Source of the DNA: Pristiophorus japonicus
Lineage: Eukaryota
Length of the DNA: 64,000 nucleotides
Assembly (NCBI RefSeq): GCF_044704955.1
Contig: NC_091978.1
Span: forward strand, 327,174,001 to 327,238,000
Direction of reading: 5' to 3'
Shown here: piece by piece, positions 1-11,596 of the stretch
How positions within the stretch are numbered: the stretch's first letter is position 1
Layout: each line of letters opens with the position of its first letter
The notes under the pieces: generated by a model
What the model saw: only the letters and a program-made list of their open reading frames with translations
What the model was told of the DNA's origin: nothing
Database searches by the model: none
Made by a program: the position numbers and the translations under genes

Positions 1-219
1 CTCTCTGTCTCTCCCCTCTCTCTCTGAGAGCCCTTTCCTCCCAATTGTAAAACAATTAAGACAACTGAGCAGAGGGAGCAAGGCCCTTCCCCATTCGTTA
101 ACTAGGGGAGAGGTGTGCCCCATTAAGAGCTCCCTCTGCACAAAACACCAACGAGGCCAATTAAAGACCATTAAGACCTGTGACTTTGGGGTGGGTGTAG
201 CCCTTAAAGAGACCCCGTG

Positions 220-1930
220 ATGGCGACCCCATCCACGCCGGTGGCAGGGCCAGCTAGGACATATGTGTAGGTGGCGTCCACATCCACAGCGCCTCCTGAG
301 CCTCCTGCTGCCCTGCCACCATTCAGACTTATAACCAAAAAACACGGGGTCAAGAGCTACACTCACCCCATAATGAGCATCGAGGAGTGCGTGCGGGCGA
401 TGGCTGGGGTAGTCGGCCCCTCGGCCATTGTCGCAGCCTCCAAGATGTCTGGGAAGGTGGTATTCTTCCTGGGGTCGGAGCGGGCGGTGTCCCTGGCCCT
501 TGAAAAGGGGCTCACAGTGGGCGGGACGTTCCTGCTGGTGGACCCTCTCGAGGCCACCACGCAGAGGGTCATCATTTCAAACGTCCCGCCCTTTGTTCCC
601 GCTGAGTTCCTCCTCCCTCACCTACACCAACTGGGGGAGGTAAGGTCGGAGATCAACCCCATACCGCTCGGCCTCAGGGAGAACAGCCTGCGCCATGTGT
701 TCTCCTTCCGCCGCCAGCTCTTTGTCCGGCTGGCGCGGGAGGAGACGACGGAGGGCAATTTTAATGTGGTGCACGAGGGGACTGCCTACCGCGTCTTCTG
801 GACGTCGGACGGCGTGCGGTGCCATGCCTGCAGGGAGGTGGGGCATGTTCGCAAGAACTGCCCCGCCTCCAAGGCCGCCAAACCACCGAAGGCGGCCAAG
901 GCTGGCGCCGCCGCCACCCCTCCCCCTATTTGCGTCCGCGTGCCGGGAGCTGTCAGTGCGCGGGCATCGTCGGGGGCCTTTGTTTTCACGGCCTCCGGCG
1001 GGGGGGAGGGAGAACGTCCGATCGGAAAGAAGGCGCGGAGGAAGGCGAAACATCTTGAGGCGGGTCCCCTCAGTGCGCCAGACAGTCTGACCACCGCGCT
1101 CAGCCCAACCCTGTCACCGGCGAGCGCGGGGTGCCCTGAGCCCATGCCCGAGTCCTTGACCAATATCACAGAGGGGCTCGGGCGCGGGCAAGATAAGAAA
1201 AAGGGGGGAGTGGAGCGGGAGGCCTCGGCAAACATGGAGGTCTCCCTGCCTCCGCGCCACCCCAGGAACAAAAGGAGGCACCGCCCCAATGAGGCGGAGG
1301 GGGAACAACATCCATCCGCGGAGGAGTCGGTGCCCGCCGCGTGTCCCGCGTCCCCCACCAGCGCCCCCAAACTGCGCCGTAGGCAGGAGGAATCTGTCCC
1401 CGGGGAAGGTGAGACAGTCGAGGCTGCCCAGCCTCTGCCTCCCGGGGATGGCGTGGAAGATCTGCCTGTCGTGGGGGGCGTGGGGCCAGCGGAGGAATGC
1501 GTAGCCGCTGGATCGAGCGTCCCGGGGACTGAGGCGGACGGGGCCGAAAAAGAGCCCGCCGAGCCAATATCCAACTTCCCCCGGGATTTGCTCGACTCGG
1601 CAGAAACTGAAAATGACAATAATTTCACAGAACATCCACACGCTGGGCCGGGGGTTGGCAGCGGGGAGGGGGAAGAACAACAACCCTCGCCCCCTACTTT
1701 GGAGCTGGGGTACTTGGAGGACCTGGTACATTTCTTTGACCAGGTCTCTCCGCCTTCCCCGGCTCCTGGGGCGGAGGAGGAACCCCTTCCGCTGTCGCTT
1801 CCTGACCCAGCACCGCTTTTAAAAGAGCCCAGTGGGGACTCCTCTGCCGACGATCCTGGGGGTGGGATCGGGGTAGAGCCAGGGCCGGATGGAGCGGCTA
1901 GGCCATTTGCCGTACCTCGTGTGGTTGACG
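220..1930 (+). pseudogene. Tx1 ORF1 (RNA-binding region, zinc knuckle, Pro/Glu-rich tail)
   Basis: ATG at 220 (MATPSTPVAGPARTYV), in-frame TAG at 268-270, then the 271 ORF with VIISNVPPF and CHACREVGHVRKNC. Truncated by a deletion at about 1930. Confidence 0.8.
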
Positions 1931-4900
1931 GGCCGGTTCCAGGACTCGTTCCGTCGTTTCTGGGCCGACTGGAGAAGGAAGCAGGGGAGCTTACCCTCCT
2001 TGAGGCTATGGTGGGACGTGGGCAAGGCTCACGTCCGCGTCTTCTGTCAAGAGTACGCAAGGGGGTCGACCAAGAGGCGGGCGGCCAGGGTCGGGCACCT
2101 AGAAAAAGAGGTGCTCGAACTGGAGTCCCGTCTCGGTCAAGTCGTCGAGGACCCGACCCTGCGGACGGTGTACGAAGCGAAGAAGGCCGCGCTGAAGGAC
2201 CTGCAGCTCGTCGGGTCCCGAGGCGCGTTCGTGAGGTCGCGGATCCGGTTCCTGCGGGATCTGGACTGCGGCTCTCCCTTCTTCGATTCGCTGGAAAAAA
2301 GACAGAGTGTCCGTAAGCAGCTCTTGACGCTGCAGGCCGACGACGGCTCTCTCGTCTCGGATCCGGAGGGCATCAACAACAGGGCCCGTGAATATTACGG
2401 GGCTCTGTTCTCTCCGGAGCCGTCCAGTGAGGAAGCGTGTAGAGTTTTGTGGGAGGACCTGCCGAAGGTCAGCCCGGAGGGCGCCGAAAATCTGGAAGCT
2501 CCCTAAGCCTGGCAGAGCTGACCGACGCCCTCGCCCGGCTCTCAAGGGGAACAGCCCCAGGGCTGGACGGGCTGACCGTGGAGTTCCACAGGGCGTTCTG
2601 GGACGTCCTGGGGGGCGACTACGCGCGGGTCCTGGGGGAAGGTCTGGCGACCGGGGAGATGCCCCTCTCTTGGCGCAGGGCAGTCATCGTCCTGCTGCCT
2701 AAGAAGGGCGATCTCCGCCTCCTTAAGAACTGGTGCCCGGTCTCCCTCCTCAGCACGGACTACAAAATCTTCGCCAGGGCGATGTCTGCTCGCCTTGGCG
2801 CCATGCTGGACCACATGATCCACCCCGACCTGTCCTACACGGTCCCGGGACGGACAATCCACGATAACATCCATCTGGTCCGGGACCTCATCCATTGTTC
2901 CCAGGAGGCTGGTCTGTCGGTCGCCTTCCTATCTCTCGACCAAGAGAAGGCGTTCGACAGGGTGGATCACGATTATCTGTTCGGAACTCTGCGCGCTTTC
3001 GGATTCGGGACGCATTTCGTCGCCCGGATCCGACTTTTGTACGCCGCCGCGGAGTGTCTAATAAAGGTTAACGGGTCCTTGACGGCGCCCCTTCGCTTTG
3101 GGAGAGGGGTGCGCCAGGGATGCCCCATGTCCGACCAGTTATATGCCATCTGCGTGGAGCCTTTCCTGCGCCTCCTGCGGACGAGGTTGACGGGACTGGC
3201 TCTGCAAGGGCCGGGCGTGGAGGTCGTCCTCTCGGCTTACGCCGATGACGTGCTCCTCGCGGTAGAGGATCCCGCTGACCTGCGGAGGATGCGTGAGTGT
3301 CAGGAGATTTACTCGGCCGCATCCTCTGCCAGGATCAACTGGGAGAAATGTTCCGGACTCCTGGTGGGTCAGTGGCGGGTGGACTCCCTGCCGGAGGAGC
3401 TCAGGCCTTTTGCCTGGAGCACGACCCATCTCCTCTATCTGGGAGTCTACCTTAGCCCCGACGAGGAAGCCTGGCCGGCGAACTGGCAAGAGCTGGAGGC
3501 CAAGGTCACCGCTCGCCTAGGGCACTGGACAGGACTGCTCCGAGTGCTGTCCTACAGGGGTCGAGCGCTAGTTATAAACCAACTGGTGGCCGCCATGTTG
3601 TGGTACCGGCTGGTCACTTTGACCCCTCCCCCTGCGTTTGTCACCAAGATACAGAAGAAGCTGGTGGACTTCTTCTGGAACAACAGGAAGCACTGGGTCT
3701 CTGCCGCGGTCTTGAGTCTCCCGCTTGGGGAGGGCGGTCAGTCGTTGATGTGCGTCAGCACCCAGCTCGCGACTTTCCGTCTTCAGACCCTGCAGAGATA
3801 TCTTTACGTCGAGCTCCCTCCCAGGTGGCGTGCTCTGGCGACGTATTTCTTCCGCCAGCAGCACGGCCTCAACTTCGACACGCATCTCCTGTTTGTGAGC
3901 TTGGGGGGCGTGAGGACCGCCTTCCAGGAGCTGCCTGTCTTTTACAAGGAACTCACCAGGGTCTGGAACAAAGTCTCCACCAAGCGCAGCTCTCCACCAG
4001 CTGGAGTGGCGGCTGTCCTGCACGAGCTGCTGCTCGGGAATCCGTACCTCCACGACCGAGGTTTTAGGTGGCGGTCGGACGAGAGGGCTGTGGCTGGTGA
4101 GGTGACCAGGGTCAGGGACCTGCTCGATGACGGAGGAGCGGGCTGGATGGCGCCAGACATGCTGGCGCAGCGCCTAAATTCCGCCAACGTCCTCCGTGCG
4201 GCCGATGCCATCGAGTCGCTAAAAACAGCTCTGGGCCCTGACTCTGTTAGGTGCATCGAGGAGGCTCAAGCACGTGGGGAGATCCCGTCCGAACTGACCC
4301 CCGTCCGGACGGAATTCCTCATCGGCGCCAAACCCCGGAACCTCCCTCGGGAGCCGGTGCCTCACAACTTGAGCCGCCTCAAGGAAATCCCCTCCGTGCC
4401 TTTCAGTTCCGCGCGGAGGGGTTTCCTGTACGGGCTGCTCCTGCACACTCTCAACTTTGCCATCCTCACCTGCCGTCCAGACACACCATGGCGTACCATC
4501 TTGCCATCCGGAGGAGGCGGGGGTCCCTGATGGAGGGTACTCTACGCGGGAGTCCTCCCAGTATTTATCGGGGACTTGGCCTGGAGGGTGGTGCACGGAG
4601 CAGTGCCGTGCAATAAATTTTTAAGCCGGTTCACGGGCTCCCAGGCCGCCTGCAATTTCTGCGGTCTGGAAGAGTCCGTGTTCCATGTTTTTATTGAATG
4701 CACGAGGTTGCAGCCCCTGTTTTGTTATTTAAAGGGGCTGCTCCTGAAATTCTGGCTGCACTTCAGTCCCACACTCCTGATCTTTGGGCACCCTGTACGG
4801 AGGGGAGCGGGTAGGTCTGAGGGCCTCCTCGTAGGACTGCTCCTGGGCATGGCCAAGGGTGCCATCAGCCGGTCCAGGCAGCGGGCGGTCGAGGGGGTCA

Positions 4901-5064
4901 TTCAACCTGACTGCCTGCCTCTCTTCCGCGCGTACATCCGCGCCAGGGTGTTCTTGGAGATGGAGCACGCGGTGTCCACCGGTACGCTCGCGGCCTTCCA
5001 CGAGAGGTGGGCACCGGAGGGACTGGAGTGCATCATCACGCCCGGCAACCAAATTTTAATTTGA
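1931..5064 (+). pseudogene. Tx1 ORF2 (linker, RT, zinc finger), no endonuclease, two frameshifts
   Basis: Pieces 1889-2506 (RFQDSFRRFW..WWDVGKAHVR), 2449-4530 (RT, YADD near 3238) and 4576-5064 (CNFCGLEESVFHVFIEC). Frameshifts near 2503 and 4527. Confidence 0.85.
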
Positions 5065-5660
5065 TTTTATGTTTTAAAGTTTAATTTGTTTTAATTGCTG
5101 GTGTTTTTAGTGTCCCCCTCCCCTTTTATAGGGGGCACTTGGAGGAAAAATATATGATTTTAGTGCCCAAAAAAAAACTTTAAAAAAAACCCATAAAAAC
5201 AAAAAAAAAACACAAAAAAAAGGGCCTTGGAAATGTTGGTGCGCCCCCCAGATCGGGGGGACACGATTTAATGATTTCATGTTTTAATTTTCTCCCAAAA
5301 GAGTTCTGTGGACAAGCACTCCACTTTGTTCATCTACATTATTAAGTGGCCTACCGCTTAATGTGTATACCCTTTCCTTATTAGCCCTCTCAAAGTGCAT
5401 CACCTCACACTTCTCGGAATTAAATTCCATTTGCCACTGCTCTGCCCACCTGACCAGTAGATTGATATCCTCCTGCAGTCCATGACTTTCCTCTTCATTA
5501 TCAACCACACAGCCAATTTTAGTGTCGTCTGCAAACTTCTTAATCATACTCCCTGTATTCAAATCTAAATCGTTGATATATACCACAAAAAGCAAGGGAC
5601 CCAGTACTGAGCCCTGCGGAACCCCATTGGAAACATCCTTCCAATCACAAAAACATCCAT

Positions 5661-6633
5661 GATTTAGACGAGGGGATTAAATGCAGTATCTCCAAATTTG
5701 CAGATGATACTAAGTTGGGTGGCAGTGTGAGCTGCGAGGAGGATGCTATTAGGCTGCAGAGTGACTTGGATAGGTTAGGTGAGTGGGCAAATGCATGGCA
5801 GATGAAGTATAATGTGGATAAATGTGAGGTTATCCACTTTGGTGGTAAAAACAGAGAGACAGACTATTATCTGAATGGTGACAGATTAGGAAAAGGGAAG
5901 GTGCAACGAGACCTGGGTGTCATGGTACATCAGTCATTGAAGGTTGGCATGCAGGTACAGCAGGCGGTTAAGAAAGCAAATGGCATGTTGGCCTTCATAG
6001 CGAGGGGATTTGAATACAGGGGCAGGGAGGTGTTGCTACAGTTGTACAGGGCCTTGGTGAGGCCACACCTGGAGTATTGTGTACAGTTTTGGTCTCCTAA
6101 CTTGAGGAAGGACATTCTTGCTATTGAGGGAGTGCAGCGAAGGTTCACCAGACTGATTCCCGGGATGGCGGGACTGACCTATCAAGAAAGATTGGATCAA
6201 CTGGGCTTGTATTCACTGGAGTTCAGAAGAATGAGAGGGGATCTCATAGAAACGTTTAAAATTCTGACGGGTTTAGACAGGTTAGATGCAGAAAGAATGT
6301 TCCCAATGTTGGGGAAGTCCAGAACCAGGGGTCACAGTCTGAGGATAAGGGGTAAGCCATTTAGGACCGAGATGAGGAGAAACTTCTTCACCCAGAGAGT
6401 GGTGAACCTGTGGAATTCTCTACCACAGAAAGTAGTTGAGGCCAATTCACTAAATATATTCAAAAGGGAGTTAGATGAAGTCCTTACTACTCGGGGGATC
6501 AAGGGTTATGGCGAGAAAGCAGGAAGGGGGTACTGAAGTTTCATGTTCAGCCATGAACTCATTGAATGGCGGTGCAGGCTAGAAGGGCTGAATGGCCTAC
6601 TCCTGCACCTATTTTCTATGTTTCTATGTTTCT
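5661..6633 (+). mobile_element. 5'-truncated CR1 LINE nested in the opposite orientation
   Basis: Open RT C-terminal ORF 5715-6536, (TTTCTATG)n tail, TSD ATCCAT at 5655-5660 and 6634-6639. Confidence 0.92.
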
Positions 6634-8555
6634 ATCCATCAATCATTACCCTTTGCTTCCTGCTCCAAGCCAATTTTGGATCCAACTTGTCACTTTGTCC
6701 TGCATCCCATGGGCTTTAACCTTCATGACCAGTCTACCATGTGGGACCTTATCAAAAGCCTTGCTAAAGTCCATATATACTACATCTTATGCACTACTCT
6801 CATCGACCCTCTTAGTTACCTCCTCAAAAAATTCAATCAGGTTAGTCAAACACGATCTTCCCTTAACAAATCCGTGTTGACTATCCCTAATGTCTTTCAG
6901 GATTTTTTCCAATAATTTTCCCACCACTGAGGTTAGGATAACAGGCCTGTAATTACTTGGCCTATCCCTTTTTCCCTTCTTAAACAAGGGTACTACATTA
7001 GCAGTCCTCCACTCCTCTGGCACCATGCCCAGATCCAAAGAGGACTGGCAAATGATGTTCAAGGCCTCTGCTATTTCCTCCTTTACTTCGCTCAACAGCC
7101 TGGGATGCATTTCATCCGGCCTGAGGACTTATCTACTTTCAAAACTGCTAAACCCCTTAATACTTCCTCTCTCACTATATTTATTTCATCCAGAATATCA
7201 CACACCTCCTCGATAGCAGTATCTGCATTACCCCTTTCCTTTGTGAAAACAGATGCAAAGTATTCGTTAAGAACCCTACCAATATCTTCCGCCTCCTCAC
7301 AAAGTTTACCCTCATGGTCTCTAATAGGCCCGACTCTTTCTTTAGTTACCCTCTTACTGTTAATATATTTATAGAACATCTTAGGGTATTCCTTAATTTT
7401 ACTGGCCAAGAATTTCTCATGCTCTCTCTTAGCGTTCCTAATATCCTCTTAACTTTCTATGTTCCTTGAAAGATTCTAAAGTATTTAGCCGTTGGTATAT
7501 GACAGAAACATCCCTTTTTTTTTAATCCTCCCCTGTAAGTCCCTAGACATCCAAGGGGCTCTAGAATTATTTTTCCCAGCCTTTTTCTTTAAGGGCACAT
7601 GTTTGGCCTGAACCTTCCGGATCTCCTCCTTGAATGCCTGCCACTGTTCCGATTCTGATTTACCCACAAGTAGCTGTTTCTAGTCCACTATGGCCAAATC
7701 ACTCCTTAACTAAGCAAAATTAGCTTTTTTCCAATTCGGAACTTTTATTCCAGTCTTGTCCTTATCCATAACAAACTTGAATCTGACTGAATTATGGTCA
7801 TTGGCACCCAAGTGCTCCCCCACTAATACCCCTTCAACCTGCCCAGCTTCATTTGTCAAAACTAAATCAGACCGCCCCTTCTCGTGTTGGGTTTGCTACA
7901 TACTGACTAAAAAAGTTCTCTTGAATGCATTTCAAGAATTCTGCATCCTCCTTACCCTTCACACGAAACTTGTCCCAATCAATATTTGGATAGTTAAAAT
8001 CCCCGACTATTACTACCCTATGGTTTTTAGGCTTCACAGCAATTTGCCTACATATTTGCTCCTCTATCTCCCTCCCACTGTTTGGGGGCCTATAATACAC
8101 GCCCAGCAGTGAGATCGCCCCTTTTTTATCTTTCAATTCTACCCATGTGGCCTCATTTGATGATCCCTCTAACATATCATACCTCCTCACCGCTGTAATA
8201 GTTTCTTTAATCAGTACCGCAAAACCCTCTCCCCCTTTTTATCCCCCTCTCTATCTTGTCTAAAAATCATGTAGCCAGGAATATTGATCTGCCAAACCTG
8301 CCCCTCTTTCAGCCATGCTTCTGTAATGGCTATAATGTCATACTTCTAAGTGTCTACCTGTGCTCTTAGCTCATCCGCCTTATTCGCTACACTCCTTGCA
8401 TTAAAGTATATACTATTCAGCACAGGAAGACCTCCTTGCTTACTATATACTAAGCCCTGTTTCCTCTGTCTTACAGATTCGCTTTCTAGATTCTTGCTAT
8501 CCAATTTCTGCTTTACTTCCTTCCCTTTTGAATTCGTTCTCAGGTTCCCATGCCC

Positions 8556-9514
8556 CTACCAAGCTAATTTAAACTCTCCCCAACAGCACGAGCAAAACTC
8601 CCCGCGAGGATGTTGGTCCTGGTGCTGTTGAGGTGCAACGTCCAGTTTGTACAGGTCCCATCTCCCCCAGAAGCGGTCCCAATGCCTCAAGAATTTAAAG
8701 CCCTCCCTCCTACACCAACTTTCCAGCCATGTGTTCATCCTCCCTATCCTTCTATTCTAATACTAATTAGCACATGGTACTGGTAGTAACCCGGAGATTA
8801 TTACCTTTGAGGTCCTACCCTTTAATTTTCTTCCAAGCTCCCGGAATTCTCCCTGTAGGACCTCATCCCTCATTTTACCTATGTCATTGGTCCTGATATG
8901 AACCACGACCTCTAGCTGTTTACCCTCCCCCCCAGGATGCCCTGGGTCCACTCTGTGACATCCTTGACCCTGGCACCAGGGAGGCACAAAACCATTCGGG
9001 AGTCACATCTACGGCCGCAGAAACGCCTGTCTGTTCCCCTAACTATAGAATCCCCTATCACTAGTGCTCTTTTGTTCTTCGTCCCTCTCCCCTGTGCAGC
9101 TGAGCCACCCGTGGTGCCTTGGAATTGGCTCTGGCTGCACTCCCCGGAGGCACCATTGTCCTTACCGATACTCAGAAGTGAATATCGGTTTGAAAGCGGG
9201 ATGGACTCATGGAGGGACTCCTGAGCTACCTGCCTAACACACTTACTATGTCTAGTGGTCACCCACTTCCCCTCTACCTGCATGCCTTTAAGCTGCGGGG
9301 TGACCACCTCCTGAAACATGCTATCTACGTAGCTCTCAGCCTCGCGAATGCATTGTATTGACTCCACCCGTTGCTCCAGCTCCAAAACGTGGAGCTCGAG
9401 CAGTTGAAGCTGGAGACATCTCCTGCACACATGGTTGTCTACACTGCATGAAGCGTCCAGGACTTCCCACATGCCACAGGATGTGTACTCCACGGGACTG
9501 AGCTGCACTGGCAT
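8556..9514 (-). pseudogene. CR1 ORF1: zinc finger/leucine zipper plus SGNH esterase-like domain
   Basis: Cys pairs, then LQLLELHVLELEQRV, ALVIGDSIVRG, CLPGARVKDV, VVVHIRTND and NTWLESWC. Frameshifted. Confidence 0.8.
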
Positions 9515-9546
9515 CCCTCTAGTTAGCCTTATCTAGTTTAAAATCT

Positions 9547-9780
9547 ACTTAAAAAGAAATAGAAAAAAGAGAGCTACTCACCAACTCACCTCACCGACCT
9601 CTGTGGCCTCCCGACCTCTCGGCATTCGAACTCCCGACACACTTAAAAAGAAATAGAGAAAAGAGGACTACTTACCAACTCACCTCAACGACCTCCGAGG
9701 CCTTCGAACTCCCGGCCTCTGAACTCCCGACTCGCCGACCTCAGGGCCTACCGACTCGCTGACCTCAGGGCCTACCGACG
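9547..9780. repeat. Tandem duplications in the CR1 5' UTR
   Basis: ACTTAAAAAGAAATAG...CCAACTCACCTCA occurs twice (about 9547 and 9641), and GACCTCAGGGCCTACCGAC occurs twice. Confidence 0.7.
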
Positions 9781-11596
9781 CTTCTCCATGTGACCATTCT
9801 CCATGAGTGAGCTTAAACAGAGAGTGGTGGCAGGGTATTCTATCGTCAAGGCTGGGCCCACTCTTACTCTCACCCAATGTCCAGCAGGGGATAGTGGGCA
9901 GTGATGCTTTCTTTTCATCCCGGGGCACTAAGGCCAATTATTGCCCACTTACAACAACTGTGACTGCGAGCAGTGCAGACTAGAGATGGATCTTAAGTCC
10001 TTCCTAGCCTCCATGATTTAGTTCCTCAGTGGGAAGAGCAATTACAACTGCAAAAGGGAAACATGAAAGCAATTTTTTTGTTCTGGTATTTCTACACTAT
10101 AACACAAATGCTAAACTGTTGTCATTATTTTGACTTGTCTGTGTATAATTTTTATTCATTTAACAATACTTCAACCAGATCAGGTCCTAATGCACTGACT
10201 AAGAAACTGGAATTTCTAGTCAAGGGCAAGGGATCAAATTGGGAAATTCAAGCTTTATTTTCATATGCTGCTTTTTCCACAAATAGTTTGGGGCTGTGCA
10301 ACGCTCAAGGCATACCTTTAAAGAATATCTGTTCACAAATTGTCTTATTTGCCTGCTTAAAGGAAATCGATTCCGAGTGAATCAAGGCATGTACTCAAAC
10401 ATGGGGGCGAAGGAGGTGAGGGAGGTGGTGGGAGAAGTCGCTTTGGAAGGCAAGTAGCTAATCCTTCTCCACTGGAGTCCAAGAGGTTATCTTTTATTGT
10501 TTTATCACATGTATCCATCATGTTCACGGAATAATATGGGGGCAATATCCTTCCCCCAAAGTTCACCTCCCTATGGAAGAGGAAAATCAGCACTGCTGAA
10601 AGAAAACAGAGTCAGATTTTAACACAGATGAAATTTATAGTCACCATAATGCTTCTTCTCAATCATCAGCTACAGTTTTGGAATAAAAATTCCATTCATT
10701 GCATGTGACATTTAATCCAAATTAAATAAACTGTGAATGAAGTGAATTCATAGGTATAATGAAGTACCATAACAGGAATAATCTTTCAACAGTAAAGGTA
10801 AAAAAATAACTATAATGTTACCTCACCTCAAGCTACCAGTTTTACAATGAAAACAAAACACTTTGCTGCCAATTATTCTAATGTTGCAGGGTGTCACAAC
10901 TCATATCTGTCTCAAAGCTAGCCCAACTCAAATAGTAATAAACATCAATAAATACCCAAGGATGTTTTACGTTATCCCTAGTGTGTCTACAATGCAATAG
11001 ATAAACTGGAGTAAGTTTATCCCAGTATTTTTTGTCCACGTAAAACTATGTTAACCAGGTAACATTCAACACGTTTAACGTAAAGTGAGTTTTGAGAGAA
11101 ATACTGCAGCACGATACATATATAATTACAAGCAATACAGTGAGTTAAATTTTATCCATGTGCCTGATGAAGCGCCAACTCCACATTCCATAGCAAAAAA
11201 TAATTCTGCTGAGTGATGTAATGGGCAGTTTAATATAACTATTATTCAACGGTAAATCTCATTGTGTTTCTGTCATAATTTTGTGTCTGCCACGAGGAAG
11301 TGGCCTCACAGTAAGGAAGGGGCCATTTCTGGCCATGTCTGGCACCAAGATTCTTTTTCAAAAGGAGCAAATCAGCACCATGGGCTTTGGGAGGCCATTT
11401 GGAACCCTTGATTTGTTGAGGTCAGGAATCTATAAGCTAAAAATATTTAAACTAATTAACAACTCTGTAACACTTCTACGCCAATTCCAAGCATAAGGTG
11501 TAAGGCCTAAGGAGTAAGGTGAGGCCCCTAAAAATTATTAAAATTACATTGGTGGTACGATATTGATACAACCATGCCCGCTCAGTGCTGACATAT

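Larger units (their letters stand above)
1..5303 (+). mobile_element. Tx1-clade (L1 superfamily) non-LTR retrotransposon, near full length, with the APE endonuclease region internally deleted
   Basis: ORF1 with a CCHC knuckle, ORF2 with RT (LSLDQEKAFDRV, GVRQGCPMS, YADD) and a C-terminal CxxC..H..C. GC/CpG-rich body and A-rich 3' UTR. Ends at ...CCCAAAAGAG, abutting a minus-strand CR1. The 5' end may lie outside the window. Confidence 0.9.
5304..9780 (-). mobile_element. CR1 LINE retaining 5' UTR, ORF1 and most of ORF2, decayed; interrupted by a nested CR1 and cut by the Tx1
   Basis: Minus-strand fragments: KFADDTK (5284-5595), SQHGFVKGRSCLTNLIEFF, endonuclease GVYYRPP..VGDFNYPNIDW (7867-8190), ORF1 at 8556-9514. 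Confidence 0.9.

Noticed and set aside
1-30. TC microsatellite as the target site of a Kibi-like sequence-specific Tx1
   Set aside because: The 3' junction lies in CR1 sequence, not TC repeats, and the 5' end is outside the window. More likely part of the 5' UTR.
786-2060. 424-aa antisense ORF
   Set aside because: Shadow ORF of GC-rich Tx1 ORF1, low complexity.
271-2316. 681-aa ORF as a novel host protein
   Set aside because: It is Tx1 ORF1 read through a deletion into an off-frame part of ORF2. The real ATG (220) is followed by an in-frame stop.
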